In this document: positions 55,301-64,000 of the stretch, in pieces | Layout of the letters: each line of letters opens with the position of its first letter | Position numbering within the stretch: the first letter of the stretch is position 1 | Assembly (NCBI RefSeq): GCF_001194135.2 | Contig: NC_068984.1 | Location: 133,489,498-133,553,497 of the forward strand | Length of the DNA: 64,000 bases | Source: Octopus bimaculoides | Lineage: Eukaryota | Direction: 5' to 3' | Translations under genes and position numbers: made by a program | The notes under the pieces: generated by a model | What the model was told of the DNA's origin: nothing | Databases searched by the model: none | Seen by the model: only the letters and a program-made list of their open reading frames with translations

Positions 55301-58300
55301 ACACAACGAGTGGACGGCGAGGTACACCGTTCAGGTCAGTCACGCAGACAACAAAGTACACCGTTATGATGCGGGACATATCAGTGTCGACCAAGATACA
55401 ACAGATATTCAGAAGGTCTCCACAATAATGGGAAGATGATTTAGTAAAACAATTTGAGCCAAGATGGAAAAAAAAAAAACAAGAAGGAATTGGAAGTGCA
55501 TTGTGACCAGTGATGTATAACATATGATAGTCTGGGCGATAGAGGCTGTTATTAATTATATAAACAAAGAACACAAAAATATTTTTTAACCTACCAGTTA
55601 TGATATCTTTCCTAAAATAGAACTTTCCCAAGCGTGCAGCATTGTTCTGTTGAGCAGTTACCATATTTTCATCAACCTACCATAAGAAAAATAAGATAAA
55701 AATCTACAAAAGAGCAAAACTATCAAATTGTATACAACTTACTGGAAGACCACATGCATCTAGGAAAGTCTCTGTGGATTTAGAAGTTGATGGCTTGCAT
55801 TCTAACTGTGAAAGTTAGTTACACCTACTTCAAGTTTATGTCAAATGACGTTTTAATTCAAGGAAAGAAATACAGGTTGACGCCATCGTCATCGTTTAAT
55901 GTCTATTTTCCATGGGTCGGACAATTTGATTGACAGGAACTGATAAGCCAGAAGACTGGGCTGACCTCCAATGTCTGCTTTGGCATGGTTTCTAAGGTTG
56001 GATGCCCTTAATAGCAGCAACAGATAGTAATTATAAAATGAATCGATGTATGTAAGCACAGCTATGTCTGTTTGGTTAAGAAATTCACCTTAAAACCATG
56101 TTGTTTCAGGTTCAATTCTGCTGTGGCACTTTGGGCTGGTGTTTTCTACTAAAGCATCTGGAGTGAATTTGATAGATGAAAACTGTGCAGGAGCCATGTG
56201 CACGTGTGTGTGTGTGTGTGTGTGTATGTGTGCCTGAGAGAGTGAGTGTGAGTGTCTGTGTGTATTTGCATCTTGGCATCATGTGTTGGTTTTAAGTGAG
56301 CATCACCATGACAGAGGTGATGTAGATTTTTTTCCAGTCTTCCATGACAAGTGTGGAAAATATTACGTTGCTTGGAAAGGGGATCCAAGCCATAGAAAAT
56401 CTGCCTCAGTGAATTCATTCTGACCCATGTAAGCATGGAAAAGTGGGTGTAGAATGATGATGATGGTCATTATGATGATAATGATGACAATGATGAAGAT
56501 TGATATTCCTGTAGCTTACCTTTGATATGGGAATTAATAAGTTCAGCTTGAAAGTTAAAATAGCTCGAGTAACGAGAACAATAAATACAACATAGGCTGC
56601 GTTTTCAAAGTCAGATAACTGAATCTGCAAAGAAAGCAAAGACAACGAATAGCATCTGTAATAAGAGAGAGACGAGATGAGTAACAAAAGTCACAATAAC
56701 AAACAGAGATGACAGAGAATGCGATGACATATGTGAGATGGATGACAAGAAGAAAGTGAAACTGCTTCACTACAAAGGTAGAATAATGCACACATCAATG
56801 GTACAATACATAAGTGAAATAAAATTAGGAACTTGCTATTTCAACCATTCTACCACTACTTCTATTTCTTTCAAACAAACAAGCAGTTAATAAGAGCAAC
56901 TGTTTTCTAATACAACCTTATCAGTAGTTAGGTTGCAATTGTGCAGGGAAAGTTTTGACAGCTAATGAAATGAATCTGATCATTTAGCATTCAAACCAAC
57001 CATATGTGGCTCAAATATTCTCCCTGACCAGACAAACTGACCAGATCAGGCCTCTCAAAGCTATGCTACAATGTCATTCTAAAACTATACAATTATGCTA
57101 TTGAAATCTCAAAGCTACAAGATAATATATTTGTTCAAAACAATATGAATAAATAAGCGTTACATTTAACAGAGAAATCTGAATGTTAAATGGTTAAAGT
57201 GAATGTCCCTTACTTGAAAAACAGATAAGGGTTACTGATAGAAAGGGCATCTGGCTGTAAAAAACAATACCTCAATAATATATTTGGCTAACCTAAGCAA
57301 GCATGAGAAAAAGAGATGTAAAAACAAATAAAAGATTGAAAAACATTCAGAGAATATCATTCTCTTCAGCAAGAGGCCAAAATTTCATACCATGACATTA
57401 TTAGTGCTCACAGAAGTATAAATCAGTTACTTCACTGATTATAAAGAGTGATTCTATCTTACCTCCATTGGTCTGAATTCAACTCTCCAACCAATGTTGG
57501 AATCTGGTGGGGGAGGTTTAAATCTTAATGACTGCCAATTTGTTGATTGGATATTCTACAAAGAAAAAAAAAATGTATGTGATATTTGAATACAAAATTA
57601 TATGGTTTGAACTAGGAATTGAAATTACAACATGTGGATGGTTAAAAACTTTGCCACTCATTATTGTATTTGCATGAAAACAGAAAGCTAAATTACATTC
57701 AGTATTTAAGATTTTTCTGAGGAATTCTTGCTGATGGATTGAAACGTTACTTGTTTATCACTAATTTATTCATTACTTTTCAAGAATAACACAGTACATG
57801 TCACACTTCTCATGAATTGATCTATCATAACATGGGTTGGCAATCAGTCAAAGATTCTACATGTTTTGATATTTTTTCAGTTTTTAAAATTTATTTATTG
57901 ATCATATGTTATGAAATTTTAGTCTAAACATTTTCCAAATATGAAACAATATCATTATGTGTGTTTAAAATTGTTTAAAATAAAAATGTCAATTGGGTAA
58001 GTTAAAGGAATAACTGGGGGGTTNNNNNNNNNNNNNNNNNNNNNNGGGGGGGGTCTTGCAACAAAAGCTATTTTCCCATATTTTCCCAAAAGCTATTTTC
58101 TATTATTCTTTTATCATTGATTCATTTAAAACAATGTTTATTTCTCTTTTTGTTTTGGAATCAATCACCCATGATAAGCAAGGGTAAATGTACTTCCCAG
58201 ATTCTAGAAAAACTCACTTGAGAAAATCCACATAGTAACCGACCTAGCCAACTTACTCAACTATAATCTCCAATGTAATTAACTGGTCATCTAAGGTCCT

Positions 58301-61193
58301 CATAAACCAATGAAACAGCTACATACAAATGAAACTTACCTCAAAATGGTCCGTATCAGTACTATCGTTCTGGTTAATCTTTTCTTCAAACAAGGAGATA
58401 GGATCTCGAATGAAGAGATGGGCAATATGCTGGGAGAGCAAATCATCAATACCTGACAAATATAATATTTTATTTTTCATTCACTTATTTGTGGTCCAGA
58501 AATTAAAACTCCAAAATACAATGTGGATTGACCACTTGACTGAGTTACACTAATTTGCTAGCTACTAAACAACCACAAGTTTCAGTTTGTTATAGATGGT
58601 ACTATGCAATATCTATCAATAGAATGCATTTAACAAAGAACACACACACAAACATCAAACAATGGAAAAGCAATTATCAATTAGAAATCTGATATTGAAT
58701 TTAGCGATTGACTTTGCATAGAATGTTCTGCTAAATCAGTGTTACATTAAAAAAATCTTCAAAATCTTATCCTTGAATCATTAGGAATCTCTATCTTTAG
58801 AGCTGATACCAGAACAATTACACAATAACAATGTTGGGATCACAGTAGTAAGAGTACCACAACACATCTGGTCAATTTAATCATAGTAGATTGTATATAG
58901 TCATATTTCACATGTGTATGTACATTCAGACATGGAAAGACAATTACACTGCACAAGTTATCTAAAGACAAGAAATTCTCCTTATAGATAATATAGGTGT
59001 AAACATGCCTGTAGGCCATGAATGACATCACAAGCTCTTCCTGACAACAGGTTTTGCTCTTCAAAGTTGAGTTCCACTCTTCGTAGTTAATGATAGAAAA
59101 AGCACATATTTATAAAAATAAGTGTTCTAACAATACAATGTGCAAATGACTTACATTTGTCAAAACCATACAATACATTCTAATATGGAAAAATACAAGA
59201 AAAACAGTTAAAGATTTTTACAGATATAACAACTCATGAAAATTTAAATGAAAAGTTGTAGTGATGGCTAAAAAAAAAAACAGCACTTACGATTGAAATT
59301 TACAGCATAGATTGGAAAACTGCATAAGACATACCTTCAGCCATTAACTCTTCATAAATCTCTTTGTCATACACCAACTGTAAATCATTGTAGCAACGAC
59401 CTTCTTCGGACAAGTAACTGTCGATGGAGTCATAGCGAGATTTATTGATCAAAAATCGATCATGTTTTAAAGGCTGAAGGAAAAATTTCATGTTTGAGCA
59501 ACAGAAGAGTAAAGAAAAAAAACAAAACAAATGAAATCAATAATTAGATCATTAAGCTGAACTCAGTGACATAAATTTTCCCTTCCATGATCACCAACTA
59601 GTAAGGATTTAGATATATCTTATAATCTTCTATATAAGTGACTAGACAAGAAAATCTTAACCCAAACAAATCTCTGTCACCTTAAATGATGTGAAGAAAC
59701 TGAGTTCAAGTTCTTAGATCTTAGAAAACATTTCTAATAAAGACTAAAATTATTTGAAAAGTTGATGTTTGAAAATATTCACAAGGTTGGACAACAGAAT
59801 GATGGTTGAATAGTAGAAATCCAACCATCCACTTTCACTACTGACTATTCCTGGGTGGGTCATGAGGGTAAGGTCCTCAAGCAGATCCTGCATAGGGTCC
59901 TATCAGAAGCAGCTATCATTAAACCTTCTTGCTAGATTTCCAAGCATGACCAGCTGAGACGATGAATATTTTCCAACCACCTCACTCATAGATTACCCCT
60001 AGGTCTTCTGCCAGTTGGCTCAGCTTCAAGAATCTATCTTGTGATCCTTTTCTGTGGTATTCTAGCCACATGTCTGTAGTGCCGGAACTGTGACCTCTCA
60101 AATGCAGAGAAGTAGTGGTTCAACCTAGGGAGATTCTCTGATCCCCAATCTATGCAATCTGTCAAGAAATGTTACTCCAGAGATTCTTTGGAGGAACTTC
60201 TTTTCACAATCAGACTCTTTCAGTCATTGTCCAACATTTGTGGCCATAAATGAGGACAAGCAGCAAATTTGGCTTTTTCACTAACAGTTCTTCTTCTAAG
60301 GATTAAATACTGAAGCTGGCACATCACTGTGCTAGCAACTGCAGTTCTAGCATCCAATTCAGCCTCCTACTTCCCATCATTCATGAATACATCTGCAGGA
60401 TACTTAAACATCTCCACTTGACTCAGTGATGTTCCACTAACATGCACTGAGAGGATTTTCTTGAAAGGACCAATATCTCAGCCTTCACAACACTTAGTTT
60501 AACCCCTTCATTACTGTATTCATTTTGAGAGGCTCTGTGTTTCTTTCAATTAATTTTAAATATAACAAAGTATTTAGTAAAATAACATAGTTATCATTAA
60601 GCTAGTGTTAGGAGCATAAATTGTGACTAAGGTTTGGTGGAAGATTTTAATTCAAAACTTACGAAAACAAGACATTTGTACTACAGAGCCAGAGGCGGTT
60701 TCAGCTGGGTTGATATCAAAAGGGTTAAAATAACTAAAAGATGAAATTTGAAGAGTTAGCAATGGTAGCAGCATTCTCTGTTATTCTTTTCGATTTAATA
60801 AATAACAATTCAGGTTAATCAAAACTTATAGAAATTTTTCTATTAAGTTTGTTGGATCAAGTTTTACAAAGACAGAGAGAGTTACAAATATGAACATTTC
60901 TCTCTTATTACTAAGGTGACATGATTGCTTAAAAGAATAAAAGAGAGAGAAAACTCAACAACTATTCACTTCCATTGCTAACAAAGATTCTCAACCTTCT
61001 TATTTCATTCAAGAAATGTTTCCTTCCAAAAAAAAAAAAACTCATTCAATAACTCGGCTGGACAAAACAGACTTACTTCTAAACCACGTTCTTCCCTGGT
61101 GCGGTCATCAACTGATTGAACAATGACACTCCAACGACAGTCTGTGTCAGCTAAATAGCCACGGTAAATCGGAGCAGCTGCACTTAGTGCCAT
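46903..61193 (-). CDS. GCLC: Glutamate-cysteine ligase catalytic subunit, 3' nine coding exons (5' part presumably beyond the right edge)
   Basis: Phase-compatible exons encode [104 protein letters not shown] and the C-terminal exon. All match the recalled eukaryotic GCLC sequence in order. Confidence 0.97.
48200..48745. mobile_element. Decayed mariner (DD34D) transposase, internally rearranged
   Basis: Minus strand reads [26 protein letters not shown] and PDLA; plus strand at 48627 reads [23 protein letters not shown]. Confidence 0.85.
48748..49140 (-). mobile_element. tRNA-derived SINE, same family as 21623-21941
   Basis: Reverse complement, with (AAC)n tail and approximate TSD GGTATCA. 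Confidence 0.9.
49817..50078. mobile_element. hAT-type MITE, same family as 1540-1782, inverted
   Basis: Ends CAGGGCCGTGGAGTC / GACTCCACAGCCCTG; internal sequence is the reverse complement of 1540-1782; flanks ATAGTAAC/ATATTCAC (6/8). Confidence 0.8.
51585..51870 (-). mobile_element. Retroelement 3'-end repeat, (ATG)n tail
   Basis: Same family as 23535 and 52123. Confidence 0.75.
52042..52093 (-). CDS. GCLC: GCLC penultimate exon, partial ([17 protein letters not shown]...), runs into N gap
   Basis: Acceptor cttttacag; the frame matches FPGLIP..NSYL and is cut by Ns at 51999-52041. Confidence 0.9.
52855..52952 (-). CDS. GCLC: GCLC exon ([33 protein letters not shown])
   Basis: 98 nt; acceptor tttttgacag, donor GTAAGA. 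Confidence 0.93.
54000..54350 (+). mobile_element. LINE 3' fragment (RTE-like)
   Basis: [32 protein letters not shown] resembles the RTE C-terminal RWAGHV.R..D.RW.....W.P motif; a second copy lies at 55250-55400. Confidence 0.65.
54355..54760. repeat. Minisatellite, about 7 units of 48-50 bp plus flanking units of about 34 bp
   Basis: Consensus AAGAAGGATT(T)CGAACACACGCAGTGAAAAATATTAAAAATCCTGTTG seen at about 54403, 54454, 54491, 54540, 54589, 54634 and 54682. Confidence 0.85.
55595..55676 (-). CDS. GCLC: GCLC exon ([27 protein letters not shown])
   Basis: 82 nt; donor GTAGGT, phase 1. Confidence 0.95.
56060..56460 (+). mobile_element. Diverged tRNA-derived SINE
   Basis: GGTTCAATTC B-box, GTGGCACTTTGGG core, (TG)n, tail CTGACCCATGTAAGCATGGAAAAGTGG. 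Confidence 0.7.
56520..56624 (-). CDS. GCLC: GCLC exon ([14 protein letters not shown]...IPISK)
   Basis: 105 nt; donor GTAAGC. Confidence 0.96.
57463..57555 (-). CDS. GCLC: GCLC exon ([31 protein letters not shown])
   Basis: 93 nt; acceptor ttttctttgtag, donor GTAAGA. Confidence 0.97.
58340..58452 (-). CDS. GCLC: GCLC exon ([18 protein letters not shown]...DHFE)
   Basis: 113 nt; acceptor tttgtcag, donor GTAAGT. Missed by the ORF track. Confidence 0.96.
59335..59473 (-). CDS. GCLC: GCLC exon ([18 protein letters not shown]...MAE)
   Basis: 139 nt; donor GTATGT, phase 1. Confidence 0.96.
60503..60724. mobile_element. piggyBac-like MITE flanked by TTAA on both sides
   Basis: TTAA 60499-60502 then CCCCTT ... 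AAGGG then TTAA 60725-60728; homologous to 24723-24986. Confidence 0.8.
61077..61193 (-). CDS. GCLC: GCLC exon ([10 protein letters not shown]...ERGLE)
   Basis: 117 nt; acceptor ttcag, donor GTAAGT. Confidence 0.96.
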
Positions 61194-61790
61194 CTGAAGT
61201 GTAAAAAAGGGGATTCTCAAGTTACTCAATATTCAGAGATTAACTAATTTTTAAAGAAAAGATTGATACAAAAAAAAAATAATAATTAAAGAAAAAAATT
61301 AGCTAGAATTTTCCGAAATAGTTTGTGGCTGTCATTTTGCCATGTTAAACAGAAGTGTAATAAGTCATCTGTGAAGAAAGCAATTGATTTTAAACAAGAA
61401 AATAGAGCTGATCTAAAATGTGAATCTTAATAGAGAGGAAAGATATATTATTTTAAAGACTAATGAAATGCTATCAAATATATACAGAGAAAAGGAATAG
61501 AATATTTTCAAACATAGACCATACAAAGATCTATAGTACTAAACTATATATACAGTACAATGGTGAAGAATACAAACTAATATACCCTATACAAATTATT
61601 AAAAAAAAAAAATATATACAGTACAGTACTGTTTCAACTTTGTGGATTTTCACCTATCGTGGGGTGTTATGGAATGTAACACCCATGATAGTCGAGGGAT
61701 TACTGTATACTGGAAGCAGATTGGATGACAATAATCCACATGGAGTTCTAAACAACAGTAGTAGCAGTTGTACATCTTTTTTACACACAG

Positions 61791-61984
61791 GGGTGCTGAA
61801 AAGTTCCTGGCTTTGAGTAAAAGAAATACAGGAGGATCAGTTAATTATGATTTTATTCAACATGTTTTCCTCTCAGATTCACACACTTGTTGCAGCGATC
61901 CTTCAGCTTTTCTAAGTCCTGCAAAAGAACTCGGTTGGGCCTTACCAACCAGGTCTTTCGCAATACCCTTAAAGCCAGGAACTT
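61791..61984. mobile_element. Mariner-type MITE
   Basis: Same TIR as 43360-43544; right end truncated by (TG)n. Confidence 0.7.
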
Positions 61985-63175
61985 GTGTGTGTGTGTGTGT
62001 GTGTGTGTCAGTGAAATACTGCTCAACCTACATTGATATAAAAGGATGTAGAAGGGACAAAGGTGTAGAATATTCAATCACTAAGATTTCATAAAAGAAA
62101 AAAAAAAAAAATCAAGATTAACAAAGCAAAAAAAAATAAAATCAAGAAAACAAGTAAACAGAAATATTTCCCTCAATTGAAAACATTAGTAAATGTTTTA
62201 AAATAAAGTGTTTCACAAACAAAAATCTGACAAAGTATAATACTACACAATATTGTTTTCCATACGAAAACAGAGAAAATAAATAAAATAAATCATAAAA
62301 GTGTGTGTGTGTGTGCATGTATGCAGAAGAAGTAATAAAAATAACAAAAAAAGACAAAAATTTAAAAGTCTTAGACTATCTCTCTTCCCTCAACCCTCCT
62401 CTCTTCCTTCTGCTTCATGTTTAACACAACTGTTGTGATACTAAGAACATGAGAATTCAAAAAACTCAAAGCATGTTTGGTTAACGTTATTTTCCTTTCC
62501 AAATGAAACAAGACATTGAGTAAGATTTTGTCTTTCAAACAATAGACCCTATGTATAACTCCCCACTTTCTCTCTCCCCTACCATTCACCAACCGTCAAT
62601 GGTGGTGGTGGCGGCAGTGGGGAAGATTTTTATTTTATTTATTATTTTTTTTTTTTTTGCCCTTTCTCACTTTTACACGATGGCTCCAGAGGCTTTGCTC
62701 AGCGACAATGTTCAGTTTGGAATATAAAATAAATAACCCAAAACTAACAGACCAGTTCATTGCCCAGTACAAGGACAAGCAAAGGGAGGCGAACTTAAAA
62801 TGAATAAATACTTTTATTTACATTAGTTTCTCTCCTTCCCCACACGAAAAATAAATAAATACACGTCTATTTACTCCACATTCAAACAAACGTCTCTATT
62901 TGTTTCAATTTCCATGGAATATATTGATGATATATCCAGTCTTTTGTCTTTCACAATTTCTTTTTTCATTTTTTTTTAAAAAAAAAGAGTGATCTGTCGC
63001 ATATAAATGGTGAGAATTACCCTGCCAAGTATCAGAACTGGATATAGGTGCACAAAGTGACGATTGTTAATTCATCTCTGGACTTATATGGCAGGGAAAA
63101 TTTCTCACCCACTCGTCAGGTAATAACTCAAGTGATTTTTTATACAATGCACTATAGCATACATACATTGCTCTT

Positions 63176-63207
<32 letters not shown>

Positions 63208-64000
63208 ATGCACACACATACATACACACACTTTTTGAACTTATTAAGATAACAAGGCAGTCACTTTAAGCTGAAGATAACACCATCATATTTCAAATAC
63301 ATTCTAGTAAGAATCATAAACCAGGGTGAATGCAGGTTAAATTTATTTTTAAAAAAATAAATAAATAATAATAATAATAATAATAATAATGTTGAAATTA
63401 TTGTGTATAGTGCTCAGGTGCACTACAACTCATCAAAGGTGCATGTACATAGAATTATGTACAAAAGTTAGGAAAGTGAACAGTGGGTCAGATAGAATTT
63501 GCTGAGGTAGATTTTCTATGGCTGGCTGTCATTCCTGTCAAAAACCCTCACCTGGTTCCAAGTAAGGTAATGTTTCCTCAAAAACCAGACATGTTTTTAC
63601 TGGAAGACTAGAAATGAATGACATCACTTGTATGACAGTCAAATGCATATGTGTGTGCACATGTGTGTGTGAGTGTATCGCCTTTTCTTGATATCATACA
63701 ATGATTGTAAACAATTTTATGGAAGCAAAAATTAAACAAATCATGAGACAAAAGACTTGCTAAAAGCCACAACAGCTCAAATGCTTTATAAATACATTAT
63801 ATTTGAAAAATATTTTGACAATGCTCAAAGAAAATGTACTGCTAATGAGTCACGTGTCTAACTTGTGCTATGGCCAAGCTCTCTATAATAGCAACTGTCA
63901 ATAAAATAAAAGATTCATAATTGTGAAGAGGTGTTAACATCATATAAGTGGTGTCCTTCATTTCCAATCTTCCATGAAAACATGTCTGGCCAACCCTCAC

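Noticed and set aside
55008-55594. 218-aa ORF, the longest in the track
   Set aside because: Only its first 24 codons are a GCLC exon; the rest is intron read through low-complexity and LINE-derived sequence.

Overview
AT-rich animal genomic DNA, dense in SINEs and MITEs. The repeat style suggests an octopus/cephalopod; that is an inference, not checked. Three genes could be built by hand with GT-AG junctions and consistent phases. (1) MRTO4, minus strand: only exons 1-3 were found (ATG at 30464). (2) A complete 252-aa 14-3-3 zeta-like gene on the plus strand (CDS 31076-35518), head-to-head with MRTO4 across a compact promoter. It is followed by a long, apparently repeat-free, T-rich probable 3'UTR. 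(3) The 3' half of glutamate-cysteine ligase catalytic subunit (GCLC), minus strand: nine exons between 61193 and 46903, one of them cut by an N gap. The remainder is introns and intergenic DNA with tRNA-derived SINEs, LINE remnants, mariner/hAT/piggyBac-like MITEs, a Helentron-type element and assembly gaps. Most ORF-track calls are not real genes. No clearly new biological system is proven. The best leads are an intron-containing tRNA-Lys(UUU)-like sequence fused to a SINE, a 200-codon frame broken by a single UGA with a weak SECIS-like motif downstream, the missing MRTO4 3' exons with orphan exon candidates, and a B-box-bearing minisatellite.
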